From Spirochaetia bacterium (GTDB lineage Bacteria; Spirochaetota; Spirochaetia; SZUA-6; Bin103), in the NCBI GenBank assembly GCA_965199955.1, contig CBDATQ010000002.1, positions 192,001 to 256,000 of the forward strand: 64,000 nt of DNA, given 5' to 3'. Made by a program: the position numbers and the translations under genes. Shown in pieces: positions 41,701-51,823 of this stretch. How positions within the stretch are numbered: the first letter of the stretch is position 1; the number at the start of each line of letters is the position of its first letter. The notes under the pieces are model-generated. The model was not told the DNA's origin, ran no database searches, and was given only the letters and a program-made list of their open reading frames with translations.

Positions 41701-42090
41701 TTACACGGTTTCGAGCGGCATCGAACACGCGCTACGTCCGGGGCCGGTATCCGCGTGGCTCGCTGCCCTTGCCGTGTAGACCCCGTCCACGCCGCTCGCC
41801 CAATGATTGGCGGCGCACGCGCTGATCATCTCGGCGTCAAGCCGCCGCCTGGGCTGAGTGCCGTAGTCGAGGGCGCTGACGTCGAGGTGGCCGGTGTGAC
41901 CGGCCCGATACGCCTCCTCGATTCCCGCGTAGATCCGCACCGGCGTGTCGTGCGCGAGCTCGACCCACTCCGTCATGTCGGCGCCGAAGTCGGTACAGAA
42001 GAAGCAGCGGCTGGCCGTGCCGCCGTCGTCGTTCCACATGACGCGGTAGCGGCGCCGCAGCCGGCTGGATGAGCTGCTCATGGAGCGCAT
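41701..42090 (-). pseudogene. Probable collapsed remnant of a TIM-barrel glycoside-hydrolase-like gene
   Basis: N-terminal-type RRRYRVMWNDDG placed next to C-terminal-type EWVELAH..IYAGIE..AANHWASGVDGVY. Confidence 0.4.
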
Positions 42091-42196
42091 GGTATCAAGG
42101 CCGGCGACATCGCCCTGGTCCACATGCACGGCCGCTTGCCTGCTGCACGCTGGGCGGGCATGGTGAGGCGCGGAGATCGCTGCGGACGCACGAGTG

Positions 42197-43399
42197 ATGG
42201 CCGAACAGACCGACGAGCCGAAGACGATTCTGGATCAGGGTTATCTGATCGTGCGCGGCGCAATTGAGCCGGAGCGGCTGGAGCCGATCCTCGCCACCGC
42301 CGAGCTGTTCCTGGACCGGGCGCGCGAGCGCTCGCGCGGCGACCCGAACGTGGGCTGGGACGCGCACCGCGTGCCGCACCCCGGCCTCTACGACTTCATC
42401 GACCAGGACACTGCGGCGCTGTTCGATCCGCTGGTGTCCGACCGGGTGCTGGACGTGAACCGCCGGCTCATGGCGGCCACCGAGGTGGGGCTCAACACCG
42501 CGTCCCTGTTCACGGAACCGGCCAAGCCGCTGAGCAAGATCTTCCAGTGGCACCGGGACTCGGTGCTGCGGCCGTCGTCCCCGTTGCCGCTGGGCGGCCT
42601 GCAGGCCGACTGCCAGGCCAACGCTCCCGGCGTCCTCTCGTGGAATATCGCCTTGCACGACGACGACTCGCTCTGGGTGGTGCCGGGAAGCAACCGGCGC
42701 GGCAACACCGGTGACGAGCAGGAGGTCTTCGACCGCCCGGCGCAGCTCGCCGACGAACCGCTGCCGGGGGCGCGCCGCTGCGAGCTGGCCGCCGGCGATG
42801 CCGTGGTGTTCGACGCGGCGATGGTCCATTCCGGCAGCGCCGACGCGGACCGCCGCCGGCGCACGTTCAACGTCGCCTACCGGGAGTTCGGCGGCCCGGT
42901 GCTCGCGCACAGCCGCGCCACGTGCTGGAAGCCGGATCTGTTCGAGCGGCTGGACTCGGACACGGCGCGGCGGTTCGAGCGCTTCGAGCGGTTGCTGCGC
43001 GACGAGCGCGATGTGATCGAGGCGGCCTTCCGGGCCGTTATCGAACGGGACGGGGCCGCGTTCCGGGAGCATCTGGCGCTCCTGCATCCCGGGGGGGTGG
43101 GCCGCATGGTCTGCGTGGTGCAGCTCCACAAGATCGCGCATGCGCTCTGGAGACTAGCCGAGGTCGGCGCGGAGGCGCTGTCCGACGCCGACTACCAGGT
43201 CGCGACGCTGGACCACGCCGGCAACCGGTGGCGCACCGCCACGCTCATGGAGCGCTTCACGGGGGCGGAGGTGAACCGCCTGCGGGACGGCTTCGCCGAT
43301 CTCGACCGCAGGCTCCGCGGGCCCGCCGGCTACGAGCAGTACGAGATGCCGCGGAACTTCGACGTCGACGATTTCGTGGCGAGCTGGCCGCACGGCTGA
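42197..43399 (+). CDS. PhyH-family Fe(II)/2-oxoglutarate dioxygenase with C-terminal extension
   Basis: DQGYLIVRG, QWHRD, WNIALHDD..LWVVPGSN, LAAGDAVVF..MVHSG. Confidence 0.8.
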   Translation: MAEQTDEPKTILDQGYLIVRGAIEPERLEPILATAELFLDRARERSRGDPNVGWDAHRVPHPGLYDFIDQDTAALFDPLVSDRVLDVNRRLMAATEVGLNTASLFTEPAKPLSKIFQWHRDSVLRPSSPLPLGGLQADCQANAPGVLSWNIALHDDDSLWVVPGSNRRGNTGDEQEVFDRPAQLADEPLPGARRCELAAGDAVVFDAAMVHSGSADADRRRRTFNVAYREFGGPVLAHSRATCWKPDLFERLDSDTARRFERFERLLRDERDVIEAAFRAVIERDGAAFREHLALLHPGGVGRMVCVVQLHKIAHALWRLAEVGAEALSDADYQVATLDHAGNRWRTATLMERFTGAEVNRLRDGFADLDRRLRGPAGYEQYEMPRNFDVDDFVASWPHG

Positions 43400-43421
43400 G
43401 GACGCCCGGCGCGGCGGCGAG

Positions 43422-44375
43422 CTACGGCGTGCTCAGCGTGCCGGTCTCCCACTCCCGGCGGTAGATCCGCAGCAACTCCTCCGCGGATGGAAGGCGGTAG
43501 TCCAGGCGCTCCGCGGTGGCCGCCGCAGACATGCTGGTGTCGTGCGGGACCTGCGCTCCGGCCATCCCCACCCAGCTCGGCGGCCCGGTCGAGATCAGGC
43601 CGGCGTCCAGCTCGAACACCTCGGCGGCGGTCCGGATCGCCTCCATGCGCGAGAGGCTGGCGCCGGAGCAGCAGTGGAAGATCCCGCGCGCGTCCCGTTC
43701 GATGATGCGCATCATCATGCGGGCGCTCTCGCTGGCCAGGCTGAGGGTGGCGTGCATGTTGATCTCGCCATGCCACATGACGAAGGGCTGGCCGCGGCCG
43801 GCGGTCTCCAGGAGGGCGCCGATCAGGCTGCCGTAGCCGACGTTCTGGGTCTGCGGATCCTCGGGGCGCGCCCAGTGCACACCGTTCACGCCGGAGATGC
43901 GCGCCACCGCGCCGTTGTCGGCCGCCTCCAGCACTACCGTCTCGCCCACCACCTTGAGCAGGCCGTACAGGTTGACCGGATTGGGGGGCGTCGCCTCGTC
44001 CGCGCCGCTCTGCGTGCCGTCGAATACCCAGTCGGACGAGATCAGGATCATCTTGGCGCCGACCTCGTTGGCGGCCTGGGTCAGGTGGCGCGTCGAGTCG
44101 ACGTAGGCGCGCCACGCCAGGGCGCGATCGCGGTACATCTGGTCGAAGCCCTTGAGGATCGCCGAGTGGATGATGGCGTCGGGCCGGAAGGCGCGGACGC
44201 TTGCCAGCACCTGGTCGCGGTCGGTCATGTCGACGCGGCCGAACTCGTAGGGGACCGGCCTTTCCGGCTGCCAGCGGTACACGGTCGAGAACACCGCCGC
44301 GCCGTGCTCCTCGGCGGCGACCTTGACGATGTTGCTGCCGACGAATCCGGTGCCACCGGTCACGTATACCTTCAC
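43422..44375 (-). CDS. RmlD-like extended SDR oxidoreductase
   Basis: VTGGTGFVG, ISSDWVFDG, PNPVNLYGLLK; GGAGG RBS before the GTG. Confidence 0.85.
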   Translation of the reverse strand: MKVYVTGGTGFVGSNIVKVAAEEHGAAVFSTVYRWQPERPVPYEFGRVDMTDRDQVLASVRAFRPDAIIHSAILKGFDQMYRDRALAWRAYVDSTRHLTQAANEVGAKMILISSDWVFDGTQSGADEATPPNPVNLYGLLKVVGETVVLEAADNGAVARISGVNGVHWARPEDPQTQNVGYGSLIGALLETAGRGQPFVMWHGEINMHATLSLASESARMMMRIIERDARGIFHCCSGASLSRMEAIRTAAEVFELDAGLISTGPPSWVGMAGAQVPHDTSMSAAATAERLDYRLPSAEELLRIYRREWETGTLSTP

Positions 44376-44550
44376 CGCGTTCCCACCTCCCTTCAGCGAG
44401 ATGGGCATTCTATGCCGCCGTAGTCGTGCACCGTGCGCCCCGGCACGATCGCGCCGACGTCGGCGACTCAGTTATTCCCATTGCCACATCGTGCCCGCCC
44501 GGTCATCGTACCGGGCGAGCCGGAGGCTGTCCGGCGCACAGGAGAGACGA

Positions 44551-45597
44551 ATGGCAGACGCCGTCAGGTTCGCGATCGTCGGCCTGGGCATGGGCCGCGG
44601 GCGAGCGGACCGATGCATCGACACCGAGGGGGCGGAGTTGGTCGCGATCTGCGACCTGTCGGAAGAGCGCGGCACGGCCGCGTCGGGGGAGCTGGGCGTG
44701 CCGTGGGTGCAGAGCTGCGACGAGTTGCTTGCCCGCGACGACGTGGACGTGATCGGGCTGTGGACGCCGAGCGGCACGCACGCGGCGATGGCGATACAGG
44801 CGCTGCAGGCCGGCAAGCACGTGTGCATGACCAAGCCGATGGACATCACCGCCGCCGCCTGCGATCGCGCGATCCACGAGGCCGACAGCCACGGGTTGCA
44901 GCTCGGCATCGATTTCCAGGAGCGCTACCTTCCCGCGAACCACCGGGTCAAGAGCGCGGTCGAGTCCGGCGCCGTCGGCCGGCTGCTTCGGGCGGACCTA
45001 CGCATGCACTGGTTCCGCCCGCAGGCCTACTACGACGCCGGCATGCCGCAGGCGTGGCGCAGTCGCCTGGACACCGAGGGGGGCTCGCTGGCCAACCAGG
45101 CCGTCCATTTCGTGGACCTGCTGCTGTGGTGGGCCGGCACCCCCGAACGGGTCGTGGGCTGCCGCGGCACCTACGGCCACGACATCGAGACCGAGGACGG
45201 CACGACCGCCGTCGTGCAGTTCCGCGAGGGGGCGGTGGGGTCGATCGTCACCACCACCTGCGCGGTCCCCAACCGCGGGCACGAGGTCACTCTGAGCGGC
45301 ACGTGGGGCACTCTCACCTGGGCCCACGCGGAGGAGATGACGCTCGACCACGTACCGGAAGGAGCCCGCTCGGCCGCCGACGCGTTCCGGGCCGAGGGCG
45401 GGCCGGAGGTGGTCGCCGGCGACCTCGGCTCCTACGCGATCCCGCCGGATCTGCCGGACAACATCTTCGCGGACATGGTAGGCGCCATCCGCACCGGCTC
45501 AGGGCTGCAGTGCGACGGCCGCGAGGCGCGCCGCTCGGTGGCGCTGTTCGACGCCGTGTACCGCTCCTCGGACACCGGGGCCTGGGTCGAAGTGTGA
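44551..45597 (+). CDS. Gfo/Idh/MocA family oxidoreductase
   Basis: FAIVGLGMG, TPSGTH, AGKHVCMTKP, GGSLANQAVHFVD. Confidence 0.88.
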   Translation: MADAVRFAIVGLGMGRGRADRCIDTEGAELVAICDLSEERGTAASGELGVPWVQSCDELLARDDVDVIGLWTPSGTHAAMAIQALQAGKHVCMTKPMDITAAACDRAIHEADSHGLQLGIDFQERYLPANHRVKSAVESGAVGRLLRADLRMHWFRPQAYYDAGMPQAWRSRLDTEGGSLANQAVHFVDLLLWWAGTPERVVGCRGTYGHDIETEDGTTAVVQFREGAVGSIVTTTCAVPNRGHEVTLSGTWGTLTWAHAEEMTLDHVPEGARSAADAFRAEGGPEVVAGDLGSYAIPPDLPDNIFADMVGAIRTGSGLQCDGREARRSVALFDAVYRSSDTGAWVEV

Positions 45598-45599
45598 CC

Positions 45600-45765
45600 G
45601 GGAGCCTTCCCGCTCGTGCTGCAGCAGGCCGAGCTTGTTGACCCCCGGGAGCACCTGCAGGCAACCGTTGGTCGTGTCCACGTCGACCAGCGGAATCCAC
45701 ACCGTGAGGATCTGTGAAGCGTCCGCCTCCTCGCGGGTAACGCCCTGGTCCTGGTGCCAGGGACC
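45600..45765 (-). pseudogene. Internal fragment of a PhyH-family dioxygenase
   Basis: PWHQDQGVTREEADASQILTVWIPLVDVDTTNGCLQVLPGVNKLGLLQHEREG, closely resembling the intact gene at 61158. Confidence 0.75.
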
Positions 45766-45811
45766 TGCATCGGCTGGCGCTCACCGCGCCTCGGCGTGTA
45801 CAATACGCTCG

Positions 45812-47395
45812 TCACTCGTAGATGCTCCCCATCTGCCACGCGTCGAGGGAGCGAAGCGTCGCGGCGCTGCCGCAGGCGCGCAGCGAAACGCCGGCCGAGT
45901 CCTCGCGTCCGGGGTAGACGCGCAGCGCCACGCACTGGCGGCCGTTTGCGAACACCTCCACCACGCTGCGGTCGACGAAGATGCGGAGCTCCAGCGGCTC
46001 GTCCGGCGCGACGTGGACCGGCGCAGTTTCCGGCGCCCGCGACAACACGTCCGGCAGCTCGGACGAGCGCGCGTTGTCCAGGGTGATCAGGCTGTCCGCC
46101 GCCGCGGCGGCCTTGTCGCGATCGCCTCCGTCGTACCGCTCGCGGTTCCGGAAGCCGCGCCGCCGGTAGAAGCTGATGCGGGTGTACTCCTCTCGCCGAG
46201 GGGAGCGGAGCACGTCCATCTCCACGGTGGGCGCATCCTGCGGATCGATCACCGCGGCGACTTCCAGTGACGTGCCGCTCACCTCCTCCAGCACCACGTC
46301 CCGGTTCGCCGGCAGCTTCGTCGGCCCCACGCGGACGTGCCGGCCGCGCAGGGAGGCAATGTCGCCGGCCGGCTCCATCTCGATCTCGTCGTGCTCGGCC
46401 AGCGTGAGACGCCGCGGCAGGCTCATGACCTGGTCCCAGCCGCGCGTGGGCTTGGCGGGGTTCATGTTGAAGATGACGACGAGGCCGTCGCCGTCCGGCG
46501 TGGCCGACGGCGCGTGCACGCCGCCCGGCTGCGCGGAGCCGAAGTTGAAGCGGCCGCCCGCCGTCACCGCGAGCTTGTCGCGCTCCGTGTCGTAGTCGCC
46601 GATCAGGTACTTGCCGCCGCTCATGTGGCTGAAATAGAGCAGCATGTGGCGGCGATCGGGGCCGGAGCCGATCGGCCAGAAGTAAGGACAGGCACCGTCG
46701 TCGCCGACCAGGGAGAAGCGGTCGTCCTCGTCGAACGGGTGCAGGTACTCCCAGTTCACCAGGTCGTCGGAACGGAACAGGAAGTCGGCGCGGCTCACCT
46801 TGCCGGCCGGCGGATGGGGCAGGGTGCCGCCGCTCAGCGAGTAGTAGCGGCCGCCCTGCTTCCAGATGCACGGGTCGAAGACGCGGTAGGGAAGCGGCGA
46901 GCCGTCCGGGCTCGCCATGGGAATGACCGGCTTGCCGGTGAGCTTCTCCCAGTTGAGCAGCAGTGGATCGCTCGAGGTGGCCACCATGGTGCCGGCGTCG
47001 GTGCCGTGGTAGCAGGCGATGACCCGGTCTTCCTCCACCAGGGTCGCGCCGGAAAAGCAGCAGCGTTCCGGGTCGGGATAGATCGCATAGGGGAGGTCGC
47101 GCCAGTGGATGAGGTCGTCGCTCACCGCGTGGCCCCAGTGCTGACGCGGGTCCTCCGGGGGATAGCTCTGGTAGAACAGGTGCCAGCGGCCCTGCCATCG
47201 GCACAGGCCGTTGGGATCGTTCAGCCGGTGCTCGGGGCTGACGAAGTGGTACCGGGGCACGTGCTGGTCGCGGGCGAGCTCCCGGCGGGAGGCGCGGAAA
47301 CGCTCCAGCAGCGGGTTGGCGGACAGCTCGCGTTCCTGCGCGGCACGCGTGTCGGAAAAGGTGAAGCGCGGAACGGAGGACCGGTAGTTGGGCAT
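45812..47395 (-). CDS. Glycoside hydrolase family 32 protein
   Basis: LNDPNG, WHLFYQ, HWGHAVSDDLIHW, FSG, MSLPRRL, LRIFVDRSVVEVFAN. Confidence 0.88.
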   Translation of the reverse strand: MPNYRSSVPRFTFSDTRAAQERELSANPLLERFRASRRELARDQHVPRYHFVSPEHRLNDPNGLCRWQGRWHLFYQSYPPEDPRQHWGHAVSDDLIHWRDLPYAIYPDPERCCFSGATLVEEDRVIACYHGTDAGTMVATSSDPLLLNWEKLTGKPVIPMASPDGSPLPYRVFDPCIWKQGGRYYSLSGGTLPHPPAGKVSRADFLFRSDDLVNWEYLHPFDEDDRFSLVGDDGACPYFWPIGSGPDRRHMLLYFSHMSGGKYLIGDYDTERDKLAVTAGGRFNFGSAQPGGVHAPSATPDGDGLVVIFNMNPAKPTRGWDQVMSLPRRLTLAEHDEIEMEPAGDIASLRGRHVRVGPTKLPANRDVVLEEVSGTSLEVAAVIDPQDAPTVEMDVLRSPRREEYTRISFYRRRGFRNRERYDGGDRDKAAAAADSLITLDNARSSELPDVLSRAPETAPVHVAPDEPLELRIFVDRSVVEVFANGRQCVALRVYPGREDSAGVSLRACGSAATLRSLDAWQMGSIYE

Positions 47396-47638
47396 GGCAT
47401 CCGACGGTAGCGCCGCGTCCCGGCACCGGCAAGGTTCGCGCGATGAGCTCCGCCGGGTATCGTTGCCGCCACGGGGCCATGGCTGAAGAGAACGGCGTGA
47501 GGTCGGATCGACTGCACCGTCCGCTGGCGGGACGTCGACATCGATCTCGATCTCACGATCACGAACACCGGGCCGATGCCATGGGCGCGCGTGGTCACCA
47601 GTACCTGGACGCGGCCGAAGCGTGAGGCGCCGGCCCGG

Positions 47639-48808
47639 TTACCGGTTCAACACCTCGCCCACGTCCAGCAGGTAGATCTGCCGGCCGCGTGAGTGCGCGG
47701 AGTCGATGGTGACGTAGCGGCCGGACGGATCGGAGCGGGGGTGCAGGTCGCACCGCAGTTCCCCCGTGTACTCCGGAGGCGCGTGAAAAAATCCGAGATC
47801 GACCCGGCGGCCGGTCGGTACGTGATACAGGTACAGGTTCTGCATCCGTCCGTCGCCCTGGGGGTAGCAGTCGTTGAGGATCCAGTCGGTATCGGCCAGG
47901 TAGGTGCAGTGTCCGTCGCTGGTCATCGCGCCGGAGCCGATGACGCTCACCTCGTCGCTCCGGTCCCGGTGGACGTAGAACGCCGCTCCCGCGTCCGGTC
48001 GCCAGGACCGTCCCAGGATCGTGTCCCGATCGCGCCATACGAAGTGGGACATCCTGCCGTAGTCGTCGACGACGTGCAGGTCGGATCCATCGCGGGCGGC
48101 GGTGAGCATCCTCGTCCTCCTGCCGTCGCCCCACCGCCAGCGGTGCAGGAAGATGAAACGCGATCCGTCGGTGTTGAACAGCAGGTGGTTGAAGTAGTGC
48201 TTGGCCGAGCCGATGTCGCCGTGCGGATACGGCAGGGCGGCCACTTCGGCAATGGGGATGACGAGCTCCGGCTCCGCGCCGGGCGCAGTCAGATCGAGCG
48301 TGTAGATGCCGGCGTCCTCGGGCGCCAGCACCTCGCGATTGGGATCGGGAATGCCGGCGTAGCCGTAGCCGGGCCGCATGTCATTCAGCCGGCGGAAATC
48401 GGTGCCGATGGCGGTGCGGCCGTCGGGGGAGACGGCGTAGATCGCCGCCGGCAGCGTACGCGACGCGCCGGAGTCCAGGTCCAGGATGCGGGAGACGTAA
48501 CGGGCTCCTTCGCGGTCGTTCCAGATGATCCTGCGGTCGGAGCCGGGTATCCACTGCAGCATGCAGCCCTGCTGCCAGCACCACGCCCGCGTGCGGCCGA
48601 CCTCGCGCCAGGCGTCACCTGCGTGCAGGTCGATGACGCCGACGGAGATCGTGTCGTCCGGACGCGGCTGGCGGCCCTCGAATTCCACCCGCATACCCAG
48701 CACGTAGCGGCTGGTCGGGTCGAACTGCAGCTTGTCGTAGTAGCCGAACCAGTGCCGGCCCGGACCAGAGGTGATCGCCCGGATGGGAACCGAAGCGTGG
48801 GGTCTCAT
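47639..48808 (-). CDS. Beta-propeller hypothetical protein (oligogalacturonate lyase/TolB-like)
   Basis: HWFGYYD, AWCWQQG, NHLLFNTDGSRF, RCDLHPR, DSAH..RQIY. Confidence 0.6.
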   Translation of the reverse strand: MRPHASVPIRAITSGPGRHWFGYYDKLQFDPTSRYVLGMRVEFEGRQPRPDDTISVGVIDLHAGDAWREVGRTRAWCWQQGCMLQWIPGSDRRIIWNDREGARYVSRILDLDSGASRTLPAAIYAVSPDGRTAIGTDFRRLNDMRPGYGYAGIPDPNREVLAPEDAGIYTLDLTAPGAEPELVIPIAEVAALPYPHGDIGSAKHYFNHLLFNTDGSRFIFLHRWRWGDGRRTRMLTAARDGSDLHVVDDYGRMSHFVWRDRDTILGRSWRPDAGAAFYVHRDRSDEVSVIGSGAMTSDGHCTYLADTDWILNDCYPQGDGRMQNLYLYHVPTGRRVDLGFFHAPPEYTGELRCDLHPRSDPSGRYVTIDSAHSRGRQIYLLDVGEVLNR

Positions 48809-48960
48809 GTCTTTCTGGGACGCAACGCTACCACGCGCCGCCCGGCATCCCGTGTTCGTGTACGTTCCGTTCGCGAGACGGTCATCCTGAAGCCACCGCT
48901 ACGACAGTGCCGGCAACGGTTGGCCTTGTGGAGTGGCCGCCTGCCGCGTACCGTAACCGC

Positions 48961-49197
48961 ATGACGAAGCCTGCGGAGACCGTTCTTGCGGACGCGCTTC
49001 GTTTGGATCTGAAGGGCCGTGCCGAGTTAGCCAGGGAGCTCCTTGCAAGTCTTGACGGCCCGGCGGATCCAGATGCTGCGTCCTCGTGGGCCGATGAGAT
49101 CAGACGACGCGTAGCGGCTCTCGAATCAGGCTCCGCGGAGCTTGAGTCTTGGGATGACGCCATGGGACGGATCGAGCGCGACATTCTTGGCCGGTGA
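48961..49197 (+). CDS. Addiction-module antitoxin (partner of ParE/RelE)
   Basis: ALRL..RAELARELLASLD..WADEIRRRV..ESG..SWDD; GTGA overlap with the toxin. Confidence 0.85.
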   Translation: MTKPAETVLADALRLDLKGRAELARELLASLDGPADPDAASSWADEIRRRVAALESGSAELESWDDAMGRIERDILGR

Positions 49198-49494
49198 GCC
49201 GTCGGGTTCGCAACCTTTCCTCGGCTCGCGAAGAATTCGCTGCCGCCGTAGCTTGGTACGAGCAATAGCGGTCTGGTCTGGGGGCGGATTTCTTCGAGAG
49301 CGTCACAGAGGCGACGGCGCTCATTCGGAACTCAGCCGCACATCGGACCGTTCGATGAGGGGACCCGTACCCGTCGCGTGCCGGTCCGTCGATTCCCCTA
49401 TCAGGTCGTCTACGTCGTCTCCGAGGACGAAATCGTGATCGTCGCGGTTGCCCACACGAAGCGACGACCCGGTTACTGGAGCAATCGGATGTAG
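49194..49494 (+). pseudogene. Inactivated ParE/RelE toxin
   Basis: AREEFAAAVAWYEQ*RSGLGADF (TAG at 49266), then frameshift to RRVPVRRFPYQVVY..IVAVAHTKRRPGYW. Confidence 0.85.
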
Positions 49495-49515
49495 CTGGTT
49501 ACGGTTGCGTCGGGG

Positions 49516-50322
49516 ATGCGGGGCACTACGGCAACCGGCGCCGCGGCGCCGGTGTTGCACTGGTCGTTCGATCAGAGTCACTCGCAGCAGCAACCCGGCT
49601 TCGGTGCCGAGCTGGTGGCCACGCTGCGGGACTACTACCGGCAGGCGGCGGCGGGGGACGCCACCGTGTACCGAGTGCTGCCCAACTTCTGGAGCGGGTA
49701 CCAGCCCGCGCCGGCGACCCGTCTGGCGATCGGCAGCGTCGAGGTGAACCGCGCCCGCGCATCCGCCACGGGTGAGACCGACTATCGCGTAACCGCCCGC
49801 AACACCACCAGTGGCGAGCGCGCTACCTATGCGTTCCGCGCCGCCGCCGACCGCTGGCGCAGCCTCATCGGGGACTGGCAGATCGAGATACGCAATGACG
49901 CCGGCGGCTCCTATCGCCGTCACCGTGCCACGGGCGGGCTGGGAGCGCCCGGGCGGGATGCCGCACGGCCGATCCGGCTGAACGTGAACGGCGTCACCCT
50001 GGCGGCGGCAAACTGGAGCGGCACCCGGCCGCTGACCACGCCGTGGGCACTGCTCGACATCCTCCCGGAGTTGCAGGAGGGCTGCGAACTGGCGCTGCTG
50101 GAGGAGCTGGACCGGCTGCGCGAGCCGGTGCGGCTGACCCCGATCGGGGTCTGGCAGTGGCCCCCGGACGCGGATCTGGGCGCTTTCACCGGGTGGTGCG
50201 CGCACGGCCGCGGACTGCCGCCCACCTACTACTGGGTGGACGGCCGCGGCACCGTAGCCGTGGCATCGACGCTGTTCCAGACGTGGGTGGCAAGCGCCGC
50301 ATCCAACGGGGTTGCGGCGTGA
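49516..50322 (+). CDS. Hypothetical protein
   Basis: 268-aa ORF overlapping the start of the sulfatase. Confidence 0.55.
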   Translation: MRGTTATGAAAPVLHWSFDQSHSQQQPGFGAELVATLRDYYRQAAAGDATVYRVLPNFWSGYQPAPATRLAIGSVEVNRARASATGETDYRVTARNTTSGERATYAFRAAADRWRSLIGDWQIEIRNDAGGSYRRHRATGGLGAPGRDAARPIRLNVNGVTLAAANWSGTRPLTTPWALLDILPELQEGCELALLEELDRLREPVRLTPIGVWQWPPDADLGAFTGWCAHGRGLPPTYYWVDGRGTVAVASTLFQTWVASAASNGVAA

Positions 50323-51740
50323 GCTCGCCTCCCAACATCATCTTCCTGCACACGGATCAACACACGTGGGATGCGGTCTCCGCGTACGGCAACCGCGATC
50401 TCGCCACACCCAGCATCGACCGCCTGCAGCGCAACGGCCTTTCCTTCATGCGCGCCTACTGCACGGACCCGGTGTGCGCGCCGGCACGCTCGAGCTGGAT
50501 GACCGGACGGTACTCCTCCGAGACCGGCGTGCCGCACAACCGGGGCGTGCTCCACGACGGCCTCCCCGATCTTGGCCGGCATTTGAACGCCCACGGCTTT
50601 CCCGCCTACCACGCCGGCAAATGGCACATCGCCGGCCGTGAAGTCACCGAGAGCTTCCGCACCCTCTACGTCGGCAAGCGCCGGATCGGCGCCGGTGGCG
50701 GCGAGTACTACGACGGGGCGACCACCCGCTCCGTGGTGGAGTTCCTCACCAGCCGCGGCACTCGGGAGCCTTTCTTCCTGCAGATCGGCATGGTCAATCC
50801 GCACGACGTGTGCGAGTACGGGCACGACTTCGAGGAGACGCCGATTCCCGACCCGGTGGCGCAGGGAATCATGAGCGCCGTCGAGCTGCCGCCGCTGCCG
50901 GCGAACTTCCAGTACGACGAGCCGGAAACCATGACCCACCGCGTGGTGCGCCGCGACGACGATTGCCTCATCCACTGGCCGATCCTGCGCCGTACGCGCC
51001 GCTGGTCGGCGCTGCAGTGGCGCGCCCTGGCGTGGAACCTGTACCGCTTCGTGGAGAAGGTGGACGCGGAGATCGGCATGGTGCTGGCCGCCCTGGAGGC
51101 CACGGGCCGCGCCGACGACACCCTGATCCTGTTCACGGCCGACCACGGCGAGGCGGCCGGCCGCCATCAAATGTTCCAGAAGTTCACCCTCTACGAGGAG
51201 AGCATCCGGGTGCCGTTCATCGCCGCCTGCCTCGGCGCCGGGGTGACGCTGCCCAAGGGGGGCTACGACCGCGAGCACTTCATCTCCGGCGTGGACGTGT
51301 TTCCCACCGTGTGCGACTACGCCGGCGTAGCGCCGCCGCCGGGGCTGCCGGGCCGCAGCATCCGTCCTCTGCTGGAGGGCGGCTGCGCTGACTGGCGCCA
51401 GCACGCCTTCATCGAGAGCAACTACTGGGCGCGGGCCATCGTCACCCCCCGCTACAAGTACGTCGCCGAGTACCGCCCGGCCGACGTCGAGGACTATCTG
51501 CCGCCCGGACCCGGCGCGGAACGGGGAGTGGAGCAGCTCTTCGACCTGGAGCGGGACCCGGGCGAGACCCGCAACCTGGCGGGCGATGCGGCGCTGGCCG
51601 GCGTGATCGCCGACTGCCGGCAGCGGCTGGCGGAGACCGAGCGCTCCCTGCAGCGCCGGCCGCTGCGCCCCGGCACGCCGCGCGACCTGCTGGACCGTTG
51701 GGGCGAACGGCTGCGGCAGCGCTGGCAACAGGCGGAGTGA
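50319..51740 (+). CDS. Sulfatase (Cys-type, formylglycine-dependent)
   Basis: PNIIFLHTDQ, CAPARSSWMTG, GKWH, FTADHG, YEESIRVP, LFDLERDPGETRNL. Confidence 0.92.
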   Translation: MSSPPNIIFLHTDQHTWDAVSAYGNRDLATPSIDRLQRNGLSFMRAYCTDPVCAPARSSWMTGRYSSETGVPHNRGVLHDGLPDLGRHLNAHGFPAYHAGKWHIAGREVTESFRTLYVGKRRIGAGGGEYYDGATTRSVVEFLTSRGTREPFFLQIGMVNPHDVCEYGHDFEETPIPDPVAQGIMSAVELPPLPANFQYDEPETMTHRVVRRDDDCLIHWPILRRTRRWSALQWRALAWNLYRFVEKVDAEIGMVLAALEATGRADDTLILFTADHGEAAGRHQMFQKFTLYEESIRVPFIAACLGAGVTLPKGGYDREHFISGVDVFPTVCDYAGVAPPPGLPGRSIRPLLEGGCADWRQHAFIESNYWARAIVTPRYKYVAEYRPADVEDYLPPGPGAERGVEQLFDLERDPGETRNLAGDAALAGVIADCRQRLAETERSLQRRPLRPGTPRDLLDRWGERLRQRWQQAE

Positions 51741-51823
51741 TCCGCTGCGAGGAGCTCCCGGCAGTCGCGTGCGCTCCCGGCCGAACCTACACTCGGAGGC
51801 CTCATCCCAAGGAGGAACCCAGG

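Noticed and set aside
47400..47635. Possible small ORF or ncRNA between GH32 and the propeller gene
   Set aside because: Short protein-like stretch (DVDIDLDLTITNTG) suggests another remnant, but no family or RNA structure could be assigned
49266..49268. In-frame TAG in parE as pyrrolysine or read-through recoding
   Set aside because: A separate frameshift follows, TAG is a normal stop elsewhere in the window, and no pyl genes are seen
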